This document shows, in pieces, positions 24,999-38,212 of a stretch of DNA of 64,000 nt; the first letter of the stretch is position 1, and each line of letters opens with the position of its first letter. The translations under genes and the position numbers were made by a program. Source of the DNA: Camelus dromedarius (taxonomy: Eukaryota); contig NC_087437.1 in NCBI RefSeq assembly GCF_036321535.1, forward strand, positions 9,674,001 through 9,738,000, read 5' to 3'. The notes under the pieces were generated by a model. It saw only the letters and a program-made list of their open reading frames with translations, was not told the origin of the DNA and did not search any database.

Positions 24999-27607
24999 TT
25001 TGCCAGTGAATTGGATGTTGCCAAATCCAAAGTTTGCTCTTCTGCCCACATCACCACCCTTCACTTCTCCTCTCTCTGTAACAAATCTTCTTTCTTGGAT
25101 TTCCTAAGGAAATCCTTTGTATTTCCTCCTCTGGAAGGACCGCTCTTTTGTGAGCCTTTCCTTCTCTATCCAACTGCCATAGCTTGGAGAATTACATGGC
25201 TTAATCCTGGGTTCTCTTTCTTTCTTGCATACTTTTCCCAAAGAAGTTTTGATCTATTCCCTTGGCTTTGAATATTACCCAAGTAAAAACCTTTTATCTA
25301 TTCCAGATTGTTGTCTGAGATTTAGATTCAAATATTTAATTGCATTTCCCATTGTCTCTTGTCATTCTCACAGACATCTTCTTCTTCACACGCTATAGTT
25401 CAGATTGAGTGCTTTCCGTGAAAATTGTATCAGTGTTTTATTTCTCTACTTCTCATTGTAAGCTGCACTGATTACATATAAATTTACCTGCAGTAGATTC
25501 TATTCCCATTAAGCTTTTTGCTTAAATTTGGCTCTTACTCTGATTTTTTTCTACTACACTTTAAAGAGCATCTTTGGTATTAGAAGTGGAACAATTTTAA
25601 AACAATCCTAGGTTTAACAGAGAAGATAAAATTGAAACTGTGCAATATTGTTAATCAACTGAATACACCATCTATGCCAAAAGTGAATTTTGTCCATTTC
25701 AGCCATGACTGAAATACATAAGGGACAGACTATTCCAAAAGTTGGTTGTCTTTTGTCTTAGCAAAATCCCACTGAGGGTCCTGGATCTATATACAAAGCA
25801 AACTTTCTATTTAACCCTTCCCTGGATAGAAAGAATCAGATGAACATTTTATGTTTTCTGACACACAACTACTCTTTAAAAGAAATCATGTCATATACCC
25901 TTTTCAAAAGTTATCAATGATACGGTTGTTATGTTGTAGGGAGAGTTTCCAGTGACTTGGGGTCTGTATTTTTAGGAAAAGGTTGACAAGTCAAAAACTT
26001 GAATGATTACCTAAATTTGCAATATGACCGTAAGTGGTCATCATTTGGTGGCCACAATAGATGACGTTGACGAGACTCAAAAACTGAGATGATCCAGCCA
26101 TGAGCGCCACCAATCAAGTGCCTATGTGTCCTGATTTATTTATCACTTTCCTAACTGTCAAATGATGAGTGGATGTGGTATTGAGATGTTTTGTCTCCCA
26201 ATTTCCCAGATGAGAGGATTTTGCAACACTTTGTAAACAAAATCACAGAAGGCTCAATGTTTAGCAAGGAAAGAAAGTCCAGCAGCAAAGTCAAGACTGC
26301 CTGGTCACTTTGTTGACATTATCTTCAAAACAGAGATCTCCAGCAGTGACAGGAGAGGGCAACTGGTGTGTTTTTCAGCTACTTCTCAGCCACAGCTGTC
26401 AGGAAACTGTCTCATAAAATAGTGGCAGGTTATGGGAGTAAATAATAAATTTGCAAAAGTGTTTAGGGAAGAACTTTTCTATGTAGAGTATGGTTTCAAG
26501 CTAATATGGATAGACAGGTGAGGATAAGTTCCACAATGCTGAAAATGTAGATCCTGAACAAAAAATTTGCATGCAGTCACGCTGTTTCTCAAAAAGTGTA
26601 TTGTGTCAAAAATAGTTGCAAATTAACCGATTTTCCCTTATTTCAAGTGCATTCTTTAAGATTCTTTATGCTTATCTTAATTTCTAAATAGCAAAAACTC
26701 TTGTCTTCAGAATAATCAGAACTTAAGTGAAAGATGTGAGACACAAAAGAGGATTCAAAATTAGTCAAGATATGCGAGCAAAAGTCCTGATAAACAGGAA
26801 TAAAAAGGAATAAACCAGGTTCTCTGGGATTCCTGGCAACCTAATTTAGCCAACCATAAACTTGAGTGTCACCGCACACACACAGCTGTGACATTTACTC
26901 CGCAATTAAAATGAAATGAGCTGATAACATAAAAATATTCATATTCACAACAAGCCACACAATTGATCAGAAGATGGACTGATCTTATTAACAAGCCTCC
27001 AGAGTAAAAGGTGTGACTGCAAAACCATCATGTAAGAATCTTCAAATGAATCCTATGATTAAGACCTTCTAATAGAAAACTACTTACCAAGTACAAGTTG
27101 ACTAACAATGATATTTAATGAGGAGGCTGTCTCTTGAAAGGCTTTTCTATATTTCTGAAAGCTGGGGTTCCCTGAGAGCTGTGCTTGGAAATTGGGAAAG
27201 GAGAGCTTTCTGAAGTGAATTAATGGTCATCACCGATCAGTGGGCAAGACCACAACGGAACAGTTCTGCAAGGCAGGTAAGAGCTTTTTCATTACTTAGA
27301 AATGCCAGCATCCTTCAATAGGGAGATACCGCCCTCAGGAAGATAATTTCAGTTCTCCTTGACGGCACAGGGTATCCGACATCAGATTACTATACGCCTC
27401 TACTGTATCATTATCTCTTTGGAGAATGTTTTTTTGCCTTTGAGTTTTAAAATTACAGCAAATAGTATATCCATTGAGAAAATAAAGACAGAAGAATAAT
27501 GGGCTTTGAAAAGACACTTGTGTGAAATGCATAAGGAGGCTGATTCTGATCTTTGCGTGCGTTTAAATTTAGGGATCTATATTTAAATGTATGCAAAGAT
27601 CAGACTC

Positions 27608-27650
27608 TATATATCTATATCTTTATCTCTCTCTCTATATATATATATAG
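27608..27650. repeat. (TC)n(TA)n microsatellite
   Basis: tatctctctctctatatatatatatag. Confidence 0.8.
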
Positions 27651-28481
27651 CATCTTAAAGTAACAGAGCAATCATTTAAAATATATGCTTAGGGGAAGAC
27701 TATCAAAGCCGATAAAGTCTTTTTACTGGCAGACAGCCAACCCAGACCTGTGTTAGCGAGGACACAAAATGTTCGAGGATCGTCTCATAAGACGTTTTTG
27801 TCATCATAGTTTGTCATGTAATCACTTTAGGAAGTCATATAATATTCCTTGTCTACCCATTTACAGCCAATGGGTCCTGAAAGCTCATTCTGTTTCATCA
27901 CACAAGTTAGCGCTGTTGACGCTGAAGGTCCTAACAGCTCCAGAGCTGTGACAGTCTCGTGCCAGTGACCCTGGAGGCTTGAATGCACAGGCAATTGCTA
28001 CAGTTATCCATGCAGCAGATTCAACTCGCAGGCTGAGAACACTCGTTCCACTTTTGCCTTTAAAGAAGCCAATGTCCATGACCATCAAACAACAAATAAA
28101 GAAATAAAAGATACCATTCATCTTACATATTCATAGAAACTCATCAACTTGAAAGAAAACTAAAATACATCATGCAATTCAAAGCTGTAACAGCTATTTG
28201 CCACTCAATATATTTATCACAGTGGTTGTTTTTATATGTTTGTATGCATGTACCTACGCAGCTGTAATAGCTCTAGATTGTATATAAACATACCAAATAG
28301 TATTGATTACACATATGTGATCTACATGTATATGATTGCATGCAGGTATTAAATATTACATTTATGTATTATGTATCTCCAACTAAATTAAAAATCTCTG
28401 AAGATTAACAAGCATTTCATATCTCTTAATATCTATCCCATTGCCAATTAAAATGTAGCAGGTGCTCAATTAATGAGTTTT

Positions 28482-28657
28482 AAATTTATTTTTTAGTTGA
28501 AGTATAGTCAGTTTACAATGTTGTGTCAATTACTGGTGGACAGCATATTTCATTCATACATATACAGACATATATCCCTTTTCATATTCTTTTTCATCAT
28601 AGGTTACTGTAAGATAGTGAATATAATTCCCTGTGCTCTACAGTATAAACCTGTTTA
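28482..28657 (-). mobile_element. LINE-1 3' end inserted in an L2 tail
   Basis: ttgaagtatagtcagtttacaatgttgtg..ttccctgtgctctacagta. 16-bp TSD with 3 mismatches at 28466-28481 and 28658-28673. Confidence 0.88.
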
Positions 28658-29134
28658 TCAATGAATAACTTTTATTAAAAATTTGTTGTTAATTTGGGAT
28701 AGTTTACTAATATATTTGCACAAAATTCTTTCCGTCCATCCACTTGTGGGTTCTAATTTAAGATGCTGGAAGTCGTGCCCTACGGAACTGGTTTGGGAAT
28801 ATGAGTTTAATTCCATACTCTCACATTTAATAGCTCCATTCCCTTGATCAAGCTACTTATCCTCCATCTCCAACAAAGTATTGTATTAATAACCAAATCT
28901 TCTAATTCATAGGTTTCAGTGAAACATACAGATACGTGAACATGCTTTTAAAACCGCAAAATAATATTAAAGTTCAGAATTGTTACACTAATGGCTGAGG
29001 CAGAGAGGAGCCAGCCATTCACCAAGGCGAATTCCTCGTCCCCCAAAGCACACAGCCAGCCTGTGCTCTCCCAGCAGATCGGGTGTTCTGGAAGACAGAG
29101 TATTTCAGCCACCTCGTTGCCAGAAACACCCACA

Positions 29135-29340
29135 TTAAGTCAAGACCAACTCCTGACAGCTACCGGTTTGGGTAAGGGCAAATTTACTGGAACATACACA
29201 TTCTCACTCATGCAGGAATTATCCATGGTTGCTTTCAAGCTAAAATGGCATTGCTGAGTAGTTGTGACAGACACTGTGTGGCCGGAAAACCCTAAAGTGT
29301 TTACTATCTGGTCCTTTGCAAAAAAAGCGCTGGTCCCTAC
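29135..29340 (+). mobile_element. hAT-Charlie MER58A-like MITE
   Basis: tttactggaaca..tgagtagttgtgacagac..cctaaagtgtttactatctggtcctttgc. Confidence 0.8.
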
Positions 29341-29750
29341 TTCCGCACAAAACCGTTACTCTATAGATCCACAAAAATGGTTAGATCTGCTTATTGCAGT
29401 ACATGGTATTCCCACAGCTAGCACAAGGGTCTTACCTTCTCTTAAAGTTTCTCTGCATTCCCCCCTAATGCTCCCAAAGGCAGTTACTTGCTTTGCGGAC
29501 GTGTTTTTGTCTCCTTTCTTACTTTTAATCTAACAAGCCAAATAAATGGTTCAGAGCTAGTGTTAGGAATTTTCTGGTTGGAGGATGTTCATCAACACAG
29601 TGTATGGTTGTGAGCTATTCTTTGAACAGCAATGATTATTTGAATATCGCAAATCATTCTTGACAATTACAAGTCTTGTACTGCAAGCTGGACTGTCAAA
29701 TTAAACAATATTCTGCTGTATCACGGTGGCCACCATCTGTAAAATATGCA

Positions 29751-30210
29751 TGTGACCAAGACTGCTAATTGTCTGCCAATATCCATTTCCTCGGAGCCCT
29801 TCGTTGCTTTAGCGAAACACATGGATACCCAGAAGAAACAAAAGAGATTACATTATCCAGTCTCCCTTGCAAATAGTGATGTTATGTGACTAGGATCTGG
29901 TCAGAGGAAGTAAAATGAGGTCTACAAATTCCAGAAGCGGAAAGAGGATGCTTTCCTCTTCCTTGGCTTCTGTCCTGTTGGCTGAAATGTAACATGCTTA
30001 CTGGAGCCAGGGAGTTTTTCTCAGACCTTGGAGTAGAACTTAGTTATTGAGGATGATGCTATAACAGGGGAGAATCCTTGGTGATTTCTAAGCCATTCCA
30101 CAAATCCAGGACCTCTTATTTCACATGAGACAGAAATAAACACCAGTTGTTTTCAAACTATTTTAATTTGAGTCTTGTCACTTGAGACCAAACTGAATCC
30201 TATTTGACAA
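29751..30210 (+). mobile_element. MaLR LTR (MLT1J-like)
   Basis: ctcccttgca..atgtgactag..atgagacagaaataaac..aatcctatttgaca. Confidence 0.7.
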
Positions 30211-30639
30211 AACAGATGAGTTAGAAATTAACAATATATTAACAATGAGAAAAAGAAACGAGAGCAGTGAGGTAAGAAACAACAGAAACCAAATAGCAGG
30301 GTACGGCAGTGATTATCCAAAAGCCCGGGTAAGGGGATAATGTTTCTGAACTCTGTGAATGGCCCTTGCCTCTCATATTTCCTTTAATCCACATTCTTGC
30401 TTTTCTCCCAGTAGCATGTATTTGACTGGAAAGGTTTAGGGTGCTTACGGCAGGCATGCCAAAAGAAGGGATCTTAATAATCAGCTTCTGACACCTAAAA
30501 TAGAATCTTGTAGCTAATATTGAAGTAGGGCTTTGTCTAGAGCAAGAAGATTTTACAAATTTAATTAACTTAATAAATCAGAACCAGAAACCATAGATTT
30601 TTCCCTCATGTAATTATAAATTATATCCTTGGGCAACAA

Positions 30640-32225
30640 GGCTTGTAAACATGGGTACAACATACACATGGGGTAGAGAGAGAGAAAACCCAGCGTTTCT
30701 GTGAGAGGAAGAAGGAAAACGAAGTAAGAGATAACCCGTGAGGGGGCTCTGGACAATTTGCTTCCCATCCTGGCTTTACAGGTGGCAGCATTAGACACAT
30801 TCCAATGAGTGTGAGTCTGGGGAGCTGCTTCCTTCGTTGCTGGGCGACTTTCAGGTCCGCATTCAGCCCGGCACCATCCACCATGGCACACAGGCAAAGG
30901 TGTGCGTGAAAGCACCTGAGGCCAGGCTCCTAGTTTCCTGTGGTCTGAGATTGCTGTGGCAGAGACTTAAACATGCCCTTGGGCTGAGGATGGGCACCAA
31001 GGTAAGAGGTCTGGTGGAGCGGCCGCTTGGGAGGTGGAAGGCGTGGGCACCTCAGGAGGAGATTTTGTCTGGGACTATGGGCTCCATCAAAACACCCAAG
31101 ACAAAACTTTAGTAGGAAGAGGAGAAAACCAGACAACATCCCAGCAAGATCCAGTGAGAATTCAGAAAACAGTGACCAGTGAGAACTGAGATTCATCCTT
31201 CCCTACTGCAACTAAGTTGCCTGGCCCTTACACCTACACACCATCCGGAGAAGAACACAGGAGGGGAGAGGGGCAAAGAGACAGAGCACTGGACTTAAAA
31301 GGATTGAGTTTTTATAAAAGGACATTTTTCTAAAAGGTTTCATTAAAGGTGTACATTGTAAAATTTACATTTATATTATGGGGTATCACCTCACAACATT
31401 CAGAAGAGCCATCATCAAAAAGTCTACAAGTAAAAAATGCTGGAGAGGGTGTGGAGAAAAGGGAACCCTCCTACAATGTTGATGGGAATGTAAATCAGTG
31501 CAGCCATGATGGAAAACAGTATGAAAGATCCTTAAAAAACTAAAAATAGACTTACCATATGATCCAGCAATCCCACTCCTGGGCATATATCTGGAGAAAG
31601 CTCCTAATTCAAAAAGGTCCATGTACCTAATGTTCACAGCAGCACTATTTACAGTAGCTAAGATATGGAAACAACCTAAAATGTTCATCAACAGATGACT
31701 GGATAAAGAAGTTGTGGTGTATATACACAATGGAATACTACTCAGCATAAAAGAATAAAATAATGCCATTTGAAGCAACGTGGATGGACCTAGAGATGAT
31801 CATACTAAGTAAGTCAGAGACAGACAAATAGCATATGGTATCACTTATATGTGGAATCTGAAAAATAATATACAAATGAACTGATTGATAAAACAGAGAC
31901 TCAGACATAGAAAACAAACTTATGGATACCAAAGGGGAAAGGAAAGGTGAAGGGATAAATTAGGAGTTTGGGATTAACAGATACACACAACTATATATAA
32001 AATAGATAAACAGTAAGGTCCTACTCTATAGCACAGGGAAATATATTCAATATCTTGTAATAAATTATAATGGAAAAGAAAAAAAACTTACGTTGTATTA
32101 TTGTTTCCTTTAACCAGTAGGTAGGGATCAGAACAAAGATCAGATCAGCTAAAAGAACCAATGGAAATGTACATTTTTTTACAATCTAGGTGTTGTATGA
32201 GTTGATTAGCTAGATCATTATATTT
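30640..32225 (+). mobile_element. ancient Gypsy-type LTR (MamGypLTR-like) split by L1; left boundary uncertain
   Basis: The 3' segment aagatcagatcagct..cattttttt..atctaggtgttgtatgagt resembles the MamGypLTR end as I recall it. Confidence 0.45.
31380..32082 (+). mobile_element. LINE-1 ORF2 C-terminus plus partial 3'UTR (dead)
   Basis: Translates [53 protein letters not shown], the L1 ORF2 Cys-rich domain with stops. Degenerate TSD at 31360-31379 and 32083-32101. Confidence 0.95.
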
Positions 32226-32916
32226 GCAAAGTTCAAAGAGAAGGCATGCCAGACACCACTATCCTTTCCTTTAATTGTACCAAAGTGTTTTCAAACAGAC
32301 TGTTTTCTTAAAAGACTAAAATGCTTTATCTGTATATCTCTTTCTATTTCTGAGATGTGGAAAAGAGTAAAACAGCTATATCAAAATGAAACCTAAGAAT
32401 GAAGCTGAATAAATTCTTGGAAACTCCCTTCAGGTGACTTCAGAGAACAACCTATCAGTTCCTTCCAAGTTCAGTTCATCCGTGTCCTCTTTTTATCCTA
32501 TAAACATCTGTTATAATGTCATGTTGGGTGGGCCACCTATGCATTGAATAGATTCAGTTTTCCTCAAAGATTCTCTCTTTGGTTTCTACTGTTGCTGTTG
32601 TTTCTCCTGTTGTTGTTATTATTATTACCTTGCGTCTATGTGGCTCCAATAATAATATATAGATTTCTTCACTTGTTTATCGTTAGGAAAAAAAATGCAT
32701 CACTCTCTTACATTTTCCACATCGTACTAGAGCATGTGTTCATACTTGCTGGGTAAAACTATCTGCAGATATAATCCCAATGGCTATCACTGTATTCTGT
32801 GATAGTCAACAATTTTTATATTTCTATTCTAAACCCACCCTTCATTGCCTGTCGTAAATAATGGTGATGGACCCTGTAAATACTTTTCTCATTTGTCAGT
32901 GGTGTGATGTTAAGCT

Positions 32917-32935
32917 TTGTCAGCAGAGGGCGCTA
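32917..32935 (+). promoter_or_regulatory. CTCF-binding motif within the ERVL LTR (predicted)
   Basis: TTGTCAGCAGAGGGCGCTA. Confidence 0.55.
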
Positions 32936-33424
32936 AAGGGGCCCAAGAAGAGGAAATTCTGGTGAGTTCTGGGACATGCTTTTGTAGTACAGGGTTTCGT
33001 CCATAGCTGGATTCCCTGGGGTGCGTGGCTTCTGCTGCAGGGCTCCTAGCAGCTCCAGGGGCAGCCACATTGCATGTTCTCTGCGGGCAGCTTCCCTCTA
33101 AACTCCTGCAGGTGGCTCAGAACCTCAGTGAACTTTTTGCTCTCCCATGAGCCGCAGGTGTATCCCTTCCAAGGAGGCTTAGATTTCAGCCTTGGGGAAG
33201 GGGATCTCCCAGTGGGCTGCACTATCTCACCTTAAGGGGTAAAGGGCACTCCTCCTATATTTTTTAGACTCTTTGTTAATCATTACTAGCCTGTCTCCCA
33301 TTACCACAACCCTCTGTTTTAACTAATATGTATTTATATATTTATATTTATGTTTAGCCTTTCCTGTTCTAATTATATGAGGTTTTCTGTCCCAGGAGTG
33401 GTCCCAGGTAATAGACCTGCAAAG

Positions 33425-33855
33425 ATGGGCTTCGGGAGATGTTTGCTTGTGCCCTTGGACCTGATTGCAGTGCTGAGCTCCCTGCTAATGGCAAATGGAA
33501 TTCTAGGAAGCCAGGGCACACAATGACATCACACTTAATCAAACCCGCACCTGTGGTGTAGAGTGATGCAGTGCCAACTGAAGCAAGTGTCTTGAGAGCC
33601 CAAGTGGCTGCTGCACTTGACCGTCACAGCGGTAATGATGACCACAAGGACTGTGGTGCAGGATAGATTTTGCTAAGTGCACTTGAGCATCTGCAAAAAA
33701 AATCAAAAACCAAAAAACAAAAAACCAAAGATGACAAGCTCTCAGCCCAAGTCACATCCTGAGACGCTGGGAGCTACCTTGAAAAATTATTTTCTTTATT
33801 GTAGCCAGAGGGCTGATACTGCTAAAAATCCAGCACAGTATTTAATTGTGTGAAT
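33425..33855 (+). pseudogene. gag: ERVL gag N-terminal remnant
   Basis: ATG GGC TTC start. From 33481 it reads PANGKWNSRKPGHTMTSHLIKPAPVV*..QVAAALDRHSGNDDHKDCGAG*ILLSALEHLQK, resembling the ERVL Gag motif KDCGVGWLLLSAL, with stops and frameshifts. Confidence 0.7.
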
Positions 33856-36579
33856 TCCTAATGGCAACACAGTTGCAAATCCACAATCTATTGCCTTCTC
33901 CAGGGCAGTGGAGCCAACCCTGGGAACACGTGTCCTTTGCCAGTTGGGACAGTGTTAAGCTTGGCCAGTGGACAGCACTAAGGGAAACAGAGGAGAATGG
34001 GGGTCTCTTCTGGGTCCCGGTATGTTCCGGAAGCACCTCACGTCTGCGCAGCGCCCTGCTCCAGCCACGCCCACGGCTTTGCAGGGACAACTCCGGGCAT
34101 TCAGGGGAGTTCACTCGGGAGTCCTCTCAGGTGGATCCTGGGGCACTGCTGCTGGCATGACATCTCCTGTGCGTGGCTTCCGCTGGCACCCTTGTGAGTG
34201 GCTTTGCAGCCTCAGAAAAATCTGCCATCCAGACAGTCAGGGCTGTGCCCTCTCCGGTGACGTTTGCATCCTAGTCTGAGGTACGGGGTCTTCTTCCAAA
34301 TCGTGCTCCATCCACCGGGCACTGTTTAAGTCCCAGCGGTCGTGGTCCTATTCCTGCATCTGTTATTACTATTCTTCTCACCTTCTGTTGATTCGTTGCT
34401 AGCCGGCCCTTTGCCATAGCTCATAATTTTTGATGTTCAGATTCCAATGTGTTTTCATCTTCTGAATTCTGACTGATACACTTCTTTAAATTTCAATATT
34501 TTAGTTGGGAAAAAACAAAGTACTAAAATTAAGATCTGATTTACTAATCTCCCAAGAATCATTGATGTTTAAGTTCTATATCATTTGCAGCTCATCTAGT
34601 CTTGAAGTCACCTAAAGTGAATTCGATGTAATGAAATGATTATTTTAAATGTTATTTAAGTGAAAATGAGTAAACCTATCAAAACTTAGGACAACCAAAA
34701 AGCCTCTATAAGAAGAATGTGCAAGATTCTATTTGGTCCTACTTAGTGATAAAACTAGTGAATACATTAAGAGTTTAGTGAAGCCAAGAGCTTGGAAAGG
34801 TCTGTTAAAAGTAAGAGCAAAAATTTTATATATGTAGTTCTGAAGGAAAGATTAAACAAACACAACAAATCAGATACAACTGAAATATAATTTTAGCTTT
34901 GCTTTCCTTTGCCAATATTCTCATGAAGTTCAGGGGAAGCCCATTTTTTGCTTAGTTCAGGAAGAAATCTTGGAATCCAGCACATCCCTTGACTTATTGG
35001 CTGATATTTTAAAAGTAAAAATTCCTCTTATTATTTTAGTTATAAACACAAGGTCAACTGAGAACTCTCCAAGAACTGGTTTCATTTACTACATCTAAGG
35101 TAAAGGGACAAGGGCCCTCCACTCCATTTAGGATGAAGATGGGGTTCACGTTACCCCAGTGACTCTTACAGAAGTTCTCAAAAAGTCTTCTTCTTTTTCT
35201 GGGCATTCTTGTGAAATTTTTATTTCTTTAGTCTGGTGTAGGATTATTGGATGAGGGGTGTAAAAGTAGTGGAACTAAATACAACTTGATGAGTTCATAT
35301 TATGATTTGATATTTCATTTTTGTAGGGGCATCTTTTATTGCATCTTGATGCCTTGCTTGCAAAGATAAATTTAATGGTATATAGACATATGCACACACA
35401 CTTATATAGTTATATACATATTTACTATTTTATTTAATAAAATATGACATTTTGATTGATAATATGAATTCACTTGAAAGAAATTCCAAATTATTGGAAG
35501 TTTCATATTAAGTAATTTTTATAATGGAGAAGTTAGGAAGGACTTCTTAATTGCTTCTTATTTTTTATTCTGCAAAATCACTTTTAATCTTTGACACATT
35601 TGTGTTTTTACCAATTGCCTATTTTGGCATGCTCTAAAAGTCTCCACAGGTAATCATGCTAAAAGTAAATATTTAGTTAATATTTCATCAAATTACATCT
35701 TTTATTTCTGTATACAATTTTTACTTCTAAATTCAAAACCATTTTGGCTTTTACAGGCATATTTTTTTATGTTCCTATAGAAATCAACATGTAAAACATT
35801 TGAACAATGTATTTTAATTTCATGTAAGCAATTATAATGCTTATTATTGTCACTTTAAAACATATTATTTGTACCAACTTCATGCATGTTCATAAAAAAG
35901 AAAGAAGAAAGCAAATCTACTTTCTTTTTTAAATGAAGAGATTTAAATACCCCATGTTTTTATTTTGTTTTGTTTTCAATTAGATTGAGGTTCTCTGGTC
36001 ATTAAATAAAATGTATTCTTCAGGGAGAAACAACAGATTAAAAGTACAAAGACTATTCTGCAAGGCATCTCTTCGTATGTATTCATGGTTACTATACATT
36101 GAAATTGTAAGGAAATAAGAAACATTGCAAAATTGTATTAGTTATGAACAGCCTTATTCTTAGCCTAAAAAATGAAGAAAAACCCTGATTATAGATTTTT
36201 AAGGAAATTTGTCAGAGGCAATGTTCTGTAGAAGCCAAACATTAGAAACTCACAGAGAAAATCTGTAGGCACATAAAAATGTGAATGAAAATCCAGAATC
36301 ATACTCTTGGCTCTCTGATTGCTGCCTGGCTAGGGAAACGTGAGGTCAAAGCACTTTGTCATTTGCCTGTCTCTCCCAATATCATTATATCTGATATTAA
36401 GTACAGGTTACTCTTTCAAAAATTTAAAACAGATGAAAAAATCAGGAAAGAAGTAGCAAACACCTCTAATTTTAGTAATTTATAACTTATTTTATGTATT
36501 TAATCATAAGGTGTGTCTTCACCTGTTTCTGTAATTTAAAATATGTTCATACAACTGAGTAAAATCGTGCTGAGCATGG

Positions 36580-37085
36580 CTTCATTCATTCATCCATTCA
36601 CACACTCATGTACCCACTCTTCTGTGAGTTATCAAGGGCCCATTCTCTCCAATGGCCAGGGGTTCCGAAGATGACTTTAGAATCCTGGTATTCAAATGCT
36701 TAAATATTAGTGAGAAAAAATTTCATGTAAAACCAAAAGAAATACAAAAGTGTAATTAAAAGGATTCCAAAGGAAATGCCAAACGTGCTTGGAAATGCAG
36801 AGAAAAAGAAAAGGCCTGATTTTGTTAGGAAGGGTAGGAGAAGGCACAGATACCCACGAATGAGGTTCTGTTTGAGCTAAGTCCTCTAAGAAGAACAGGT
36901 TAGATTCCCGTGGATAAAGAAGAAATAATAGGGAAGAAATCTTTGAAGTCCTGGAGGTGCTATATTTAGAATACACAAGGAAGTGTGTGAAGTCATGTAG
37001 GGAATGAAGCTGGAAAAATAAGAAGGGCATGGGCAGCAAAGGGCCTGTTTGACTTGTCAGGGATTTGGACTCTGACCAATAGGCC
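36580..37085 (-). mobile_element. L2 LINE fragment
   Basis: ttcattcattcatccattca tail and tttgagctaagtc..gatttggactct. Confidence 0.6.
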
Positions 37086-37193
37086 AGCATTTTCTAATCT
37101 GATACCTTGAGGAATACTTTAATGATTTACCTCCACCAGAAAAGAGTCAAATGTCAATACACAGTTGATAAATGCAAATGCATATTAGCATAA

Positions 37194-37544
37194 TGTATCA
37201 GCTACTGTTATCACAACAATGCTGTGTAACAAACAAACTCAAGTGGTACAAAGCACAAGTACTTATTGTTCTCTTTTCTAGAGTCAGCTGAGGGTTTGGC
37301 AACTCTGTTGGTCAGGACAACATTCATGCACAAGCTCATATCGTGTGTCTGATGGGGACACATCTGTGCACATTTTATGGCCCAAAGCATGTCACATATT
37401 GAGCCCAGTGTCTAGGGGCAGGCAGATCATAGCTTCTCCCCCCTCCCCCCCCCCAGTGCAGGAGGATGATGTAAAGTCATGTGACCAGGAGAGTGAATAC
37501 TGGGAGAATTGAAGTCTTGGGACCATGTGATAGGATCAATCACA
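37194..37544 (-). mobile_element. MaLR LTR (MLT1H/I-like)
   Basis: tgtatcagcta..aatgctgtgtaacaaac..ggcccaaagcatgtcacat..aatcaca. Confidence 0.72.
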
Positions 37545-38212
37545 TGTAATAAAGAACTCAAAAATCTCCCCAAGGAAAAAAGTCATTCAATTGTGTCTAA
37601 ATCATTTATTTAGTTTTAAGACTAATGACTTTACTATTGTACCATTCTTCATAAAAATGAAGCATACTTCTTTAAAAAGACCAAATCACCTACCATTTAA
37701 AGCTCAGAAAGTAGTCTTTTAATGTGTGAAAATCAACCTGGCCATCAACCTACATATAGATACAAATTTTAAAGGATGTACTGTCATTAGATACATAAAT
37801 AGTTGTAAATAATTTGATAAAAATGCAATTTGAATAAAATATGTTAAATTTATTTCAGTTGATTTTGCCAAAAGTGACAGAAGTCAAAGTGAAATAGAAT
37901 GACGGAACTTCAGACAAATATTTCTTTTCCACAAAGGGTATTATTAAAAGGTCTATTTATGAGTAAAAACATTTTGAAAAGTACTAAGAGGCTGAAACGC
38001 TTTGTGACTTCAACAATAAATTTTAGTCTCATCCATTATATAAAGTGAAAAAAATGAGAAAGTTAGCAAGTATTCAGCTATATCTTCCCACCTAGCCTCT
38101 TCCTAATTCCCATTTTATTACTCACGTTATTCATTTTTTTCCCACCCCTCCGCCAGGCTTAGTAACATTTGAATTATTTTCTGTAAAGCTGTTCAGGCTT
38201 TAGTTTATTATT

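Larger units (their letters stand above)
23700..25420 (+). mobile_element. decayed L2 LINE interrupted by MER5 and L1
   Basis: ctctggacccc, ttgccaaatccaa and ctcctctggaagg L2 motifs lie on both sides of the insertions. Confidence 0.55.
32791..34480 (+). mobile_element. internally deleted ERVL provirus: LTR41-like LTR, gag remnant, second LTR
   Basis: Two homologous LTR-like blocks share tgttaagctt and gtgcgtggcttc; the second ends ctgactgataca. They flank a gag-like segment. Confidence 0.7.

Noticed and set aside
24779..25107. K/E/R-rich and F/L/S-rich ORFs
   Set aside because: They are translations of the (GAAA)n microsatellite.
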